DNA of 64,000 nt from Eledone cirrhosa (Eukaryota), in assembly GCA_964016885.1 (NCBI GenBank), contig OZ024741.1, forward strand, positions 77,066,001 through 77,130,000, written 5' to 3'. This document shows positions 1 through 36,400 of this stretch, piece by piece (the stretch's first letter is position 1; each line of letters begins with the position of its first letter). The notes under the pieces were generated by a model, which worked only from the letters and a program-made list of their open reading frames with translations, had not been told where the DNA came from and did not search any database. The position numbers and the translations under genes were made by a program.

Positions 1-490
<490 letters not shown>

Positions 491-1292
491 CATTCTATCA
501 TGCTGCCCATGTTACTGAGGAAAGTTTGGGTTCTGTCAGACCTTCCCATGGTCCCCTGCAACTCATCTATATTCCCACTCCCATCTTCACTGTAAGATAC
601 TGATCACATAAAGAGGAGCACACACTTATCTACTCCTATAATCACTGAACAATGCTGTTTGCATACAGAGGAATACCTTAATCCTGTATATATCCACCAG
701 TCTTATCAATCCATCTCTCTTCTTCCCTATAACCCCACCACTGAGCTAGAAGCCATCACTCTTTTTCCTCAAAACCACTTTCTGCAACTTCATCTCAAAG
801 TGTAAATGGTACTATTTGAATAATACAAGTCATTTTGTTTGATGCCCTAATGATTTTGCCAACCAATTGCTTTAATAATAATAACTATAATGTCTACTGG
901 TTTAAGCATAAGGGCAGTTGTATGGGGGAATGAAAATGTTGATTATATCAACCTCAGTACTTGACTGATGCTTTATTTTATCAAACCAAAAAGGATGATA
1001 GGGAAAGTTGACTTCAGCCAAAGTTTCCACATGGGTCCACTGTTTTGAGGGAAAGGGTAAACTTGATTGCATCAAGATCCAGTACTTGAACTCAGAAGAA
1101 TGATTTCTAACATGGGAACACAGGCCTCAAATTGTGGGGGAGAGTACATGCTATTTAATCAACCCTACTAATTGAGTAGTATTTATTTTATTTGCCTTAC
1201 AGAATGGAAAAAACCCACTGAAATTGATAGAAGAGATGTAAGTAAATAGTGCAAGCCATTTAGTTCAACACTCTGCTCCACTATATCCCTAT

Positions 1293-2488
1293 TTAGGTTG
1301 TCCCATCAATTTTATTTTAAGCTTTTTACACAGGATGTTAATAATCAAGAAAATAAAATTTTAATACGAGTGCACCCTTTTGTGAATTTTTTGTTGGAGT
1401 ACACATTTTCTAAATAATTATGTTTATTTCGGATTATTTACTTTAATAAGTGTTTAATGAATAAAACCCTAGAATAAGATGGATAAAAAAAAATTTTGTA
1501 TGATGTTTCTTCCTGACTACAAACTAAAACAAATATGTTCTGAAACTACAGCAAGGATCAATAATTATAAATGTGTTGAAGGTTATGTTTGTGTTCACAC
1601 AGTAATCAGGTGGTTCAAAAGTTTTCAGCAAGATGACGAAAGTCATGATGAATTTGACTATATAGGAAGGAAGTGAACCCTCGATCACAATGCTCTCAAG
1701 GAAGTCATAAAGACATAACCTGGAACATCAGTCCATAAGCTTGTACACAATATTGGAAAATCAATATAAGCCATTTCTTAACATTTGAGGACAATTGGAA
1801 AGAAAAAGATGGATAAATGGGTTCCACAGAGTCACAAACTCTGTAGATAAGACATGAAACTGATCCATTCTTCAAAAGCATCATAACGTATTATGAAAGT
1901 CAATTCTCTGTAACAGCCTAGTGGCTTGACAAAAATGAAGCACCAAAGCATTTCCCAAACCCTGAGTCTCACCAGAAACGTGCATGGTAACAGTATGGCA
2001 GACAGTTGAAGGAATAATCTACTTCAGTTTTTTGAAACCAGAAGTAGGTGCAACCTTAAAATATTGTCAGCATGACATGCACAGAAAGTTGCACCAAAAA
2101 ACAGTTTGCTTTAGTCAACAGACACAACCCAATTAGTCATGGTAATACTTGTCCACATATGACAGGAGTAACACAAATGAAATTGAATAACCTGGAAATT
2201 GAAGTTTTAATCCACCCTGCATATTTTTCTGGCTTCTATCCTACCAACTATAATTTTCTCAAACAATTTGACAGCTATTACAAACAAAAAAACAGTTTCA
2301 AAATACAGATGCTGTAGAAGGACTTAAAAAGTTTATTGACTCTAAGAATGCTGAATTTGATAGGAAGGGCATAAATAAACTTATACATTGGCAGAAATGT
2401 ATTCAATCTCAAGGAAGTCAATTTGATTAAATGTTTTACTGAACCTATTTTCCTACGAAAAAGCAACAAAAATTATGGGACAACCTAA
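1293..2488 (+). mobile_element. Degenerate mariner (Tc1/mariner) DNA transposon, about 1.2 kb
   Basis: TIRs ttaggttgtcccat(c)aatttt at 1293 and its reverse complement ending at 2488, followed by TA. Broken transposase with VIRWFKSF (HTH), KWVP, and HPAYFSGFYPTNY (approximating HPPYSPDLAPSDY). Confidence 0.9.
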
Positions 2489-2496
2489 TATTTATA

Positions 2497-2660
2497 ATAA
2501 TTGTTTCTTCTTTTGGCACAAGGCCAGCAATTACCCCAGCGCATTACTGGTGCTTTATTTTATTGACCTTATAAGGATGAAAGGCAAAGTTAACTTCTGC
2601 GGGATTTGAACGCAGAACGTAAAGGGCCATAACTCTGTGCTGCAAAGCATGATTCCATAT
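2497..2660 (-). mobile_element. tRNA-derived SINE, Meta-domain-like family (partial)
   Basis: Reverse complement reads gttcaaatccc...gcctttcatcc...aaataaagcaccagt...ggccttgtgcc; same family as 8548, 21893, 48185 and 61840. Confidence 0.75.
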
Positions 2661-2721
2661 GAATGAAACAGTTCTAATCCTGTAGAAGTTATTGTTATAT
2701 AAAATGTGTGTGTGTGCATGT

Positions 2722-3039
2722 ATATCATCATCATCATTTTGCGTCCGCTTATCCCTGCTTGCAAGGGTGGGATGACAACTGATTCTGGCTTGATTTCTAC
2801 AGCTGGATGCTCTTCCTAACACCAACCTCATTTATAGTGAGTGGTGGGTGCTTTTTTTGCCGTGGCACCACCACGACCACTTTGCAGAGGAATGAGATGG
2901 ACCCCAGTCCCTATCATCTCATTTCTACAGCTGAGTAAACTGGAGCAATGGGAAATAAAGTGTCTTGCTCAAGGAAACAACACATCACCCGGTCTGAGAA
3001 TTGAACTCACAACCTTTCGATTGCAAGGCCAATGCTCTA

Positions 3040-3040
<1 letters not shown>
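2722..3040 (-). mobile_element. tRNA-derived CORE-type SINE with RTE-like tail
   Basis: Reverse complement of the 45833-46131 copy; ccttgagcaagacacttt core; (GAT)n tail. Confidence 0.8.
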
Positions 3041-3086
<46 letters not shown>

Positions 3087-4060
3087 ATCATCATCGTTTA
3101 ACGTCCATCTTCCACGCTTGCATGGGTTTGGACGGGAGTTTTCCCACTTGAGGCAAGATTGGTTGCCCTGCTCGTATAGGACTGTCTGGCGGGTTTTCTA
3201 CGGCTGGATACCCTTCCTAACACCAACCACGTTTACAATGTGGACTGGGAGGTTTTTACCGTGTTACCTACACGGCCACATTACAGCGTGGACTGTGTGT
3301 TTTTTTGTCGTGACACCTACACAATCTCATTTGTTTCGGACTGGATGTTGTGGTACGAACATAACTTCACATTGAAAGGGGTGGTGTGGATGGGGTGGGG
3401 GTAGTGGGACAGGGATGTATTTTTGTTAGAGGTGCCTACTGACTGTAGATTTTGCTTTGTACTTAGGCAAGGCGGGTCTTCTGTATTACTGTGTAGTGCC
3501 AAAGATCTCGGTCCAGTGAAATTGTCTTGGAGAGGTGTAAGTGTGTGAGGTCGGAATTTATCAAGTCGTCCCAGGTTTTTCTGGATCTGGCTACTCTGTG
3601 GCTACCGTCTATTTTTATCGTCCTGCACTTTTTTATACAGCTGTCGTCTTTCATGCGCATCACGTGACTGTACCAACGTAGTCTTCTCTCGAGTAAACAA
3701 CATCTGATCCCTCTTATTCCTAATTTCTCCCTTAGTTCGTTTATGCTTTGCCGTTCACATATATTACTATTACACATCCAGCAGAGCATGCAAGCTTCGT
3801 TCCTCTCCAGTCTGCGTATATCCTCTGCACACAATGCCCAAGTCTCACTGCCATGTAACATTGCTGTTCTTATGCAGGCATCATACAGCCTGCCTTTCAT
3901 TTTTAGAGAGAACCCTTTAGCGGCCAATAGTGGTATAAGCTCTCTGAACTTTTTCCATCCCGTTCTGACTCTAGCTACTGTACTTTCAGAGCACCCTCCC
4001 CCACTGCTGATTTTGTCACCCAGGTAACGGAAGGTGTCCTCTATTTCTATAGAACCATCT
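3087..4060 (-). mobile_element. RTE-clade LINE 3' fragment (end of ORF plus 3' UTR and (GAT)n tail)
   Basis: ORF 3463..3927(-) KGRLYDACIRTAMLHGSETW...RRLRWYSHVMRM; FRYLGD upstream; tail gacgttaaacgatgatg. Confidence 0.9.
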
Positions 4061-4344
4061 GTGCAATGGAATGAGCTAGTATTCTGTGGGTGTATATATA
4101 TATGTGTATGTGTGTGTATGTATATATATATATATGAAAGACGTAAAATAAGAAAATTATAAAAATTAACTTACTTACTAAAATTTCACTCCAACTAATT
4201 AGTTTCTGAAAGGGAATAAACATATATATATATATATGTACATATATATATATATATATATAAATACATATATATATATAGATGGACGTTAAACGATGAT
4301 GATGATATACACATATACATACACACACACACACATAGTTATAT

Positions 4345-4551
4345 ATGAACGGGTGCTGAAAAGTTCCTGGGTTTAAGGGTACTGTTACCTTTAGAGGGGA
4401 GGTAGGACCACTGCAATAAGTATGTGAATCTAGGATGGGAATGTGTTGAATAAAATCATAATTAACTGATCCGCCTGTAATTTCTTTTAACTGATCCACC
4501 TGTATTTTCTTTTACCCAAAGCCAAGAACGTTTCAGCACCCACCTCTCATA
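4345..4551. mobile_element. Mariner-type MITE, about 200 bp
   Basis: Inverted ends gggtgctgaaaagttcctgg (4351) and ccaagaacgtttcagcaccc (ends 4541); TA-rich flanks; no ORF. Confidence 0.65.
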
Positions 4552-4632
4552 TGTAGTTATGTAAGTATAAATACATACATGCACATGTGTCTCTGCATGT
4601 TTATGTATGCTTAATTGACATTTTTATTTAAG

Positions 4633-4663
<31 letters not shown>

Positions 4664-5469
4664 GGTTAAGATTTTAAAATTTATCAATGATAAATTTAAA
4701 TAATACATTTACAAACGTGAAATAAGATGGAAAAATTGGACAGAATTATCTACAGAAATCAAATCATATTGCTATTGTATCTCAGTGAAATTCATTAACC
4801 CATTACAGCAAAATGACCAGACAACTTGCCACCATCAACTTTAGCTCATTGTAAGCATCTAACTGTGCAACCTACAATTATTTACCAACATTTTTATCAA
4901 CCAGGCCTTGAGCTATGGGTAATAGCCTCTCAATTTCATGGTGAAAAGTTGTCAGGTCAACTAAGTGTACTTGGTTTAATGTGGTTGTCACTTATACAGT
5001 CTTTAAATGGGTGGATTTCTGTAGACAGTTCTGTTCACATTTTTCTTTGTCTTATTTTTCATTTATAAATGTATTAAGTTCATCATATATATATTATACA
5101 GTTTGCAAAAATCTGGAGGAAATATGTTCTCCAGACTTCCACAAACATGGTCACGTTAGCCAACAATATATTGAGCTACTCACATAATTGTGTTAACACC
5201 TGATGACATCAAACTGCTGCAGGTCGCTGTTGTAATGATTGACAACAGTTCCATGCCAGTGTCACAGAAATATGTATAATAAATATGATTATGTAACTTC
5301 TGTTGTAACGTTTATTTTATACAAATATATACATATATATATATTATATATGATATATATATATATATATATATATATGAAGGAACGATCGACTTTCGTC
5401 AAATCGGTCCGAGGGAACAATGTTTTCGTTGGTCTTTCCAATTGCTAATACTATCTATCGGTCGCAACT

Positions 5470-6178
<709 letters not shown>

Positions 6179-6225
6179 TATATATATATGATATATATAT
6201 ATTTATATATATATGTGTGTGTATA

Positions 6226-6258
<33 letters not shown>

Positions 6259-6608
6259 TTACCTTTCATCATTTCAGGGTTGATAAATAAAGTACCAGCT
6301 AGGGGCAGTGGATTATCAGAATTGTTAAAGAGTCAGAGCAGGTTCTTTGCAGTGTGTGATCTAGCTCTATGTATTCTGTGTTCAAATCCAGCCTCCTTCT
6401 GCCACATCTAACACATACACACACACGTGTGTATATACACACATATGCATATATATTCACACACACATCATCATTAATGTCTATTTTCCATGCTAGCATA
6501 GGTTAGACAGGTTTGTTCCATTAGAGGCAAGTTGGGTTGGGTGACTGTGTCTCGCTCATATAAAACTGTATCTAGCTGGTTTTCTATGGCTGGATGCCCT
6601 TCCTAATG

Positions 6609-6670
<62 letters not shown>

Positions 6671-7956
6671 ATTAAGAAGACTTATTCATACACTTACATA
6701 GCCATGATATTTCAGCAAAGAGCAAATTCACAAAGCTTCACCAGAGAAGACACTATTGTTTGAAATTTGTATTTGTTGTGTTACTGTTGGCAAGAATCAT
6801 GGCCACATGTGTTTTGTTAATGATGAAATTTAAGATGAGCAACATTCCTTGTATATTTTTTTAACAGGGTCTAAATGAAATCTATGGTTTCTGACAACTT
6901 TAAGAAGACATCAATAACACATGTCCCCAATAACTACTTCATCAAGATGATAAGACTGTGATGGTCTAGAAGCATTGATGTACCTACAAACTTTATTGTT
7001 GCAAAGAAGGAATCCTAAGTGAATTAAAAAAAAGATAAATCTCAAGAATAAACATATTTTCAATAGTACAAACACTAATACATGCTTATGTATATGTGAG
7101 TTATATGTATGCATACATATCTATGTTTATATATGTATATGAGTGTGTGCACATGTGATAGTGTGTTATTCAGTAATACCTTGTTTAGTGCTCTAGATAC
7201 ATTCCTTTATTAGTTGCAGTTTCTAAATGATAAACAAGCACCAGCATTAGCATGAAGGCACCTGAAGCATTATCACTTCAGGTGCTTTCAAGCTTTGTTT
7301 TGTTTTTCTCTTTAGATTGAGGAACAGGATGGTATTATTTTCCAGAAAATTCCTACTTTATCTACCTTGAATACAATTTGGGGAGGCTAGTTGCCATACT
7401 TGATGATACTTTTGAGAACTTGGGGAAATTTCATGTCAGCACTTGCAGCTTCACTAGGCATAATCTTGTGTAGATTCTGCTATAATTTGATTCTTTAAAA
7501 CTAAATTATGCTTGATGTTTGTCAGGTTCAAATCACTTCAACACTTGAAGATTTCCATCAAGTGTGATACATCTTTCAGTACCTTAGATGAACTTTCAAC
7601 ACTTGAAGCTGCAGGCAATTTTCAAACCACAACAGATAAACAATTGAGTGAACAATTCAAGTATATGTTGAAGTATGTATGACTGTGAATCAGATTCTTA
7701 GATATTAGGATACAATTATTATAATAATGTAGTGCTATTCCTTTAAGATATTGTCTCTGAGAAAAAGAGCACTATAGAGACTCAGCGCTAAATGAAGTAA
7801 CACTAAGCAGAGTATTACTGATTGATTAGACATGGGTCTACACACATATGAAACTGTGAATAAAGGTTGTACAAATAATTAACCATTTACATACACTTAT
7901 TTACTTTACATAATGTAAAGAGATCTCTTTTCTCGTATTTACACACAGCTCATATA

Positions 7957-8000
<44 letters not shown>

Positions 8001-8014
8001 CATGTATGTATGTA

Positions 8015-8066
<52 letters not shown>

Positions 8067-8288
8067 GTAATGATGAATGAAGCAGGACTATAGAATATAG
8101 TAAAAGTGGAAAAAAAGGAACACCCTCCTATGACCACCAAAGAAATTTCTAGAGAGAAATTGCTTTCAAAATGGATGAACAGATGTACAGAAAGGCTGGC
8201 TGGCAAGATGAAAAAAAAATCCAATCCCCAACCCTAAAAAAAATAAAAGAAAAAGGTGTTGTGTGTGCTTGTATGTCATAGAGTGTCC

Positions 8289-29329
<21,041 letters not shown>

Positions 29330-31369
29330 TCAGTAGAATATTGGACACATGTTTTGCAGTATTTGTTCTTGTTTTTTATATTCTGAGTTCAAATCACACC
29401 AAAGTCAATTTTGCTTCTCATCTTCCCAGGGTCAATAAAATGAAGTACCAGTCGATTTTTCTCTTTCCCCAAATTGTTGGCCCTTTGCCAATGTTAGAAA
29501 GAATTTTCTAACATTGTCACAAAGCCACCATTTTAGCACCAAATAACGTTTAAACAAACTCAATTTTCTTATGTTTAGACAGGCATTTTCTACAACAATA
29601 ATTCTTATGAATTCTGGGCACACAATTAAAGGTCAATTTTGTCTTTCAACTATACCTATTCTCCAGCATGTCACGCCTTTCTGCAAGCATAAAGAATCTT
29701 TATGTCGTTTTGGAACGTCGTAAAAACAGTATAGTTTTATCCCCTAGTGTTCTGAGTCCTAATTTTAGAGGGTGGGGTAAACTTTAGATTTCATCAAAAA
29801 ACTATTTTTCCCAGTTCACTCTATAAAGTAGTAGTACTGGTGTCATTAAAAAACATATCCAACACACCCTATAAGGTGGTTCATGTTAGGAACGACATCT
29901 AGCCATAGAAAACATACTAAATACGGAACATAACGTGCACAATTAGGTGTTCCGGCCAGTCTGGTCTTGAACTGTAACAACCTGTCCAACTCATGTCAGC
30001 ATAAAAAAAATGGATGTAAAATGATGATGATGTTGAAGATGATGATGATTTATGTCTTAGCCAGAATGGGAAGGGCATGATCCTTTCTAGGGTCTTTGAG
30101 TCTGATGGGTGGAAGAGAAAGTTATCCTAAGAGCAGATACTTGGTTCAAATAATTACAGCAGAGTGGATTCAGCTAAGGGCACCTAAGGGCCAAGCGTTG
30201 ATGATGTGTTAAGTTTACTAACCAAGTAAAGTGCAGTCTATCTGATAATACCCATCTCTTCCAATCTATACAGTTTCAATCTAGGAAATTTTACATCATC
30301 AATTATGCAATGCTTGCACTGTTTATGGTGGTAATTTGTATGACTGTTGTTGCAGTTATTAAATGGAGGCTGGTAGTTAACTGATATTTATTCAACAATA
30401 ATTGAAAAATAAATTCAACTCCAAGCAAGGAGATATGAAAACTGTTGATTTTGTCACTCTATTGCCATAACAATAGCAAAGATGATAATGTTATTAATAT
30501 TAAATAAATACAATTAAACACTAAGGTTAATTCAATCAACCCTAAATCCTGCCCCTAATGCGTGTGGCCTTGTTCCAATGTTAAACATTCTTTTTATTAA
30601 TAAGGGCAGCGGATTAATAATGCTACAATGATTTAAAAAAATTATTTTTACTATTCACTTTCTGTATTTATACTTTTTATTACTGTTTGTGTTTATTTAT
30701 TTTATTTTACTCTTGTGTTTATTTATTTATTTACAAATTAAAACAAATTATATTTCTAATGATCACAAGGAATATTTCTGAAGGATTTTTGAGAGCATCT
30801 AATCAAGTGTATCATTACCATATTTCTAATGAAAGACATTGTCTATGATTTTCAAACAATTTTGGAAAAAAATCACGAATTTGGAAGGATTTAGTAATAT
30901 AACTGACTTTCTCATTATTAAGCTAGTGTTTAGAGCACAACTTAAAGATTCTTACATAAAATGATGATGGAAGGTTTTTAGATAAATATTTAAAAATAAA
31001 CATGAGTCATTTTAGCTGATTTGGTATAAAAAATGTTAAGGCATCTCTGCATCTTCCTTGTCCCTCAGATTTTAACCTATAGTGACCTTTGATAAGGGGT
31101 CCCCACAAACTAAGATTTTTTTCACAAACCCACTGAAATTAACTTACATATGGTGTTTAGGATTTGATATCACTAACATTCTGTACAAAATGACTGTTCC
31201 TAATTTTCTCAATGTCATTTAAGAACCTCTGATAAAGTGTCTCTAAAGTTTTTCCCTAACTAGTTGAGTCGTGCTTGTCACAGTCATTAAGAAAGTTATG
31301 ATACAAGTAATAAAGTAAATGGATCTCTATTGGTTTTGAAGATGAATATTCAGTTGTTTTATTAACTGG

Positions 31370-32230
31370 ATGGGTCTCACTTCTGTTAGTGGCCAAACTC
31401 CACCTTGATAACAGTGATGGAGTATTGATAGAGACTTCTGGCATTCTTGGTCCTTGTACCACTCACTGTTATCAAGGTGGAGCACCACCTTGATAACAGT
31501 GATGGAGTATTGATAGAGACTTCTGGCATTCTTGGTCCTTGTACCACTCACTGTTATCAAGGTGGAGCACCACCTTGATAACAGTGATGGAGTATTGATA
31601 GAGACTTCTGGCATTCTTGGTCCTTGTACCACTCACTGTTATCAAGGTGGAGCACCACCTTGATAACAGTGATGGAGTATTGATAGAGACTTCTGGCATT
31701 CTTGGTCCTTGTACCACTCACTGTTATCAAGGTGGAGCACCACCTTGATAACAGTGATGGAGTATTGATAGAGACTTCTGGCATTCTTGGTCCTTGTACC
31801 ACTCACTGTTATCAAGGTGGAGCACCACCTTGATAACAGTGATGGAGTATTGATAGAGACTTCTGGCATTCTTGGTCCTTGTACCACTCACTGTTATCAA
31901 GGTGGAGCACCACCTTGATAACAGTGATGGAGTATTGATAGAGACTTCTGGCATTCTTGGTCCTTGTACCACTCACTGTTATCAAGGTGGAGCACCACCT
32001 CCCTACTCACTGTTATCAAGGTGGAGTTTGGCCACTAACAGAAGTGAGACCCATGAGTTGGAATGGCTATTTCAACACATCTCCCTCGTTATCTTTGCTT
32101 TTTCTATTCTGTCCACCAGGACCATGAGGTGGCTTGCAACTAGGGTTCTGCATGACAGAGAGTGTTCTCCCACACAGTCTAGGCTTGTATCATTGGGGTA
32201 GCAATAGAATAGGTTGCTGATATCTATGTT
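31370..32230. repeat. Seven apparently identical 85-bp palindromic units (31401-31995) with inverted flanks, within a CRE-like retroelement remnant
   Basis: Units start at 31401, 31486, 31571, 31656, 31741, 31826 and 31911; each has ccaccttgataacagtga...tcactgttatcaaggtgg. Confidence 0.95.
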
Positions 32231-33224
32231 TTTATATTCAACATATGCATATAAGTGTATGCTGAAGGTTAAACATCCATTATGTCAATACTAACGAAAT
32301 AAAGACTATAAAGGTAGCACCAAAAAATAACAACATGGTAAATCCAAAAAGAACTTTGGGAATAATAAATTAATTAAAAGTAACAATCAGTCATTCTTGT
32401 CCTTTTATTTTTCTCCTTCTCCCACTCTTTGCATTCTACCTCACCTCTCTCAATTCCTTTATGACTTGTTTCCTTGGTAATTATAACCAACTTACATTGT
32501 ACGGCTTTCTAAACATACCCACTTTTCAATAACATATCATTCTTTCCTTGTCATATTTGATCCAAGACTAAAAGAATAACATCAACAGACATGTGTAATT
32601 CTTAAAGTAAGAATCAGCATGACACCATGCATAACAATGCTGTAATTTCAGATGCAGCCCATCCAATGGATTTCCACATAGTTTCAGCTTACCTAATTTC
32701 ACTCACATGGCTATGGAGTAGGATAAAAACCTGAGAACACATTATTACAAAGTGAACTTCAATAATACTGGGTAGACAAGTAAGTGAACTTTCTAATCAT
32801 TTGGTCATGCTGAGTCCATGATATCAGTATAATCTTTGACAAAATAATTAGCTTTAAATTTCTCAAGGCAATTAAGGAAATTCTAAAGAGGCATTTGTGA
32901 ATATTCTTACATCCAATTATAACTAATCTCTCTTGAAAAAACAGAGCATCTATATATTCATTTGATCTGTTACAAATAGCAACCAAACCTCCATAATCTC
33001 ATTGCCCCCCCCCCCCCCAAAAAAAAAGAAGGACATGTTGAATAATGTAGTCTTTGAAAGAAAAGAGAAACAAAAAAAAGATAGTTACAGCTTGTACACC
33101 ATTCTTCTTACGTTTGCTCAATCAATAACCAACCTTTTTGATAACTCTAGTCTTGAAGGAATTTTTTTTTATATAATTTCAAATGAAACATTTTAAACAG
33201 AATTTTTCTTTTTTCACTTGTTTT

Positions 33225-34312
33225 AAGGTGATCATCAGGGCTCAGTCCCTGGTCAATTTCTGTTTATTATATAGTCATCCAGGCCATAATACAGGAGTTT
33301 AAGACCATGGGAAATTCTGTATGCTGAGGACCTAGCTATGGAATAGCTAGAGAAGAAATTCCTACTGTGGAAACAAAACTTAGAATCAAAAGTGCTCAAA
33401 GTAAACTTAGCAAAGATTAAAGTTTTAGTAAATAGGAAAGAAGACAGGTCTCTGGTTCTATTAGGGGAGTGGCCTTGCTCAATATGTAGAGAGGGAGTAG
33501 GTAAAAACTCTATAATGTATAATGTAAATTCTAGGTCATGGGATAGCAGGCAGACAAACAGAAAAGGTAGACTTTATATGTGGCAGATGTACAGGAATAG
33601 CTAATAGTAACATTAGTGAAATAAAATTTTTCAATTCTAGGAAGGCTCCATAGAGGTTATTGATAGCTTCTGTTTCCTAAGTGACTTAATTAGCCCTGGA
33701 GAGGTTGCTTTGAATGCATAGTAGCTACAATAAGAACAGGATGGAAAAAGTTCAAGGAGTTACTACCTTTATTTACAACAAAAGGTCTGAATGATAAGCT
33801 GGTTGTATGATGCCTGCTATTTACAACAAAAGGTTTCTCTCTCTGAATGAAAAGCTGGTTGTATGATGCTTGCATGCAAAGTGTGATATTACATGGGAGT
33901 GATACATAAGCAGTAAATAAAGAAGATATGTAAAATCTGGAGCGAAATTAAATATGCATGCTCTGATGGATGTGTGATGTTAATGTGCATGAATAGCAAA
34001 ATATTGATGAGTTGAGAGAGAAACTGGGTAGAAGAGGAATCATATTCAGTACTCAAAAGAGATAACTGCACTGGTATTGACCCCGTATGCATATTGATTA
34101 TGATCATTGGGTAAAGAAGTGCCAGGAGTTCCCAGTGGAAAGGAGCTGCAGTAGAGGAAGACCAAGGAAACCCTAAGCAAAGGTGGTGAGAGCAGATTTC
34201 AAAATACTGAGTCTCACAGAGGAAATAATGGAGGAACATAATTGGAGGGATGATGTTCTGGAAAAGTCTCATCCAAGCATGGGAAAACTGGCATTAAATG
34301 GATGATGATGAG
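33225..34312 (+). mobile_element. Old degenerate RTE LINE 3' fragment
   Basis: HQGS, LYAEDL, LKVNLAKIKVLV, WPCSICREGVGKNSI, RTGWKKFKELLP; gatgatgat tail. Confidence 0.8.
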
Positions 34313-34544
34313 GGTGAATGATTATATTAGTGTTAAATAACCAAAGAAGTAAGCTAAGTAGTTTCAAACTAATATTTTATTTCTAATTTATGCACAAAGC
34401 CTCAGATTTATCTAGGAGGTAGAGATGATTAAACTGCCTGGATTGAGCACAAACAAACTTAAAGCAGGTTTCTTATGGTCCTCAAATAAGAAAACTATTA
34501 AAAAGTTCTCTTTTCCAAGATTCAGTACATAACACTTAGTTCTC

Positions 34545-35100
34545 TGCAGGGTCTTCATTTGTTCTAGATGTCAAAAACTTTCTAAACAATCATAAGGCAG
34601 ACAACTTCACTGAATTATTAGAGGACATGTTCTCCAATGTTAGTGATATTAGCCATACATGAACCTCAAAGTTCATACCTTCACAGTCAGTTTCAAGAAA
34701 ATTTGGTGATTTAAGCAAAGAGAAAGATTTCATCAGGGAAAATGGGATACATATATGGTGGCAGATTATTGCTGGAATCTTCAAGAGGACTTCTGATAAA
34801 TTAGATTCTAGAAAGTTTTTTAAATGAAGCTCTTAAATGTTGAATGACTGATCCTTTTATATGATTGATGTTTGTTTTTTAGTTACAATTACTATAGATT
34901 CTACTGCAAAGCATTCACAACTGATTTAGAGTAATATTTGGTTGTTTTAATAGCATGCAATATATTAATAGCATTAATAGCATTAATATTGTTATTTTTG
35001 TGCCAAAATGGCCTGATCACATATACCAAATTTGGTGCCATTTTAAGAATCAGAAGTTCAAATATATCTGAAAATAGGTCTAAATTCTAAGGGACGGAAA
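34545..35100 (+). mobile_element. Degenerate DNA-transposase C-terminal remnant (family with NFLxNHKA...RFHQ...GKW...ADYCW motifs; superfamily not assigned)
   Basis: Frameshifted reading VKNFLNNHKADNFTELLEDMF...NLKVH...ENL...RFHQGKWDTYMVADYCWNL. Confidence 0.6.
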
Positions 35101-36400
35101 TGTAAGCTGCAACTGGGATCTCCAATTTCAGCTTCTGAGTAGATGCATCAGTATATAAAAGAGTATGCTGTATTTTCAAAACTATATGTGATTGAACAAA
35201 ACTAAAGAGGCCCTATAATATGCTTGGACTAAGAAGATGGTATGATCACTGCTGGAACACTTTTGATTACATGTGTTTGATCAAGTTTGACACAAGTTTA
35301 TAACTACAATTTCTTTTGTTAGCATGGAATATCTGGAACAAGAATAGATCGGTGAATTTCACCTTGTCCATGAACTGGCTACTTCTGTGACATGGATATA
35401 CCCAATCAGAGCTGACTGGTGGTGGAATTAATTGTTTTCCAACTCTCAAGATTCTATGAGGTCATTGCTTATCTCCAGTTTCTATGAATTTAAGCTAAAT
35501 AGAAATTAACCCCTCCTCCCCACTCTCTTTGGCTGGCTTCATGCCCATAAATTTTGGCATTAAGTTGACTACCACCACTACCACCCCTACTACTTGTAAC
35601 CTACCTAAGTCTAATAACAATAGCAACAATTCTAAGATATATGTGGACTCAGTCAATGAGAATGTTTTGACCACCATTGATCAAAGAAAATCAATTGGAT
35701 TGGTGTTCTGTGCTGGCTAATGACAAGTTTCTCCATTCAGTCTTTTGTCACCTGAATAATTGTTCAGGTGACAAAACAAGAAACAGTGAATGACATATTC
35801 AAAATAAATATACTCTAATTCATGTCTTGAGTACTTTTCCTTTCATTTATAACTTCAAAAGTGTGTATACATACAAACATATGCACGCAGACACAGATAC
35901 ACACAGATGACACATATATACACATAGATACATACACACAAGCACAGACATACTCATGTATACATGTATGTGTATGTGTCTATATGTTTATGTTTACTCC
36001 AGTCTAAAAACAATGCCATCGTTTATATTGTGTGTCTTTATGTCTCACAATTTCGCAGTCCAACAAATAATGAACGATAAAAAAAAAAGTACCAGTTTGA
36101 AAAAAGTAGATCATAATTATCTACATTTGGCAGCAATCTAGAGAATCTGTGTTTCAGAAAACTAGAAAGAATACTGCTTATTAAGAAAGTATAAAAGGAA
36201 ATGATAAAATGTGTGGAACATTGCAGAAGTTTTGCATTTAGTATCGCACATACACACATCTAGATATACAAACATATGTACAGATTTGCTTAGTTCTTTG
36301 AAGACATGTCTTTTAATAGCTCTAATTCTTTTCAAATAAATGATGATAGACATCAAACTAACTAAGCAAATGACAAGGCATGCTGTAATCATTGTCTTAA

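Noticed and set aside
7330-7608. Alternative terminal exon of CDKL1
   Set aside because: Weak polypyrimidine tract, early stops in the frames checked, no homology; 8405-8289 already gives a family-like C-terminus
31256-31972. Repeated 81-aa ORFs (MVQGPRMPEV...)
   Set aside because: Antisense by-products of the 85-bp array
31401-31995. CRISPR-like look (palindromic repeat plus spacer)
   Set aside because: The intervening sequences are identical rather than unique, there are no cas genes, the context is eukaryotic, and the sequence derives from a retroelement
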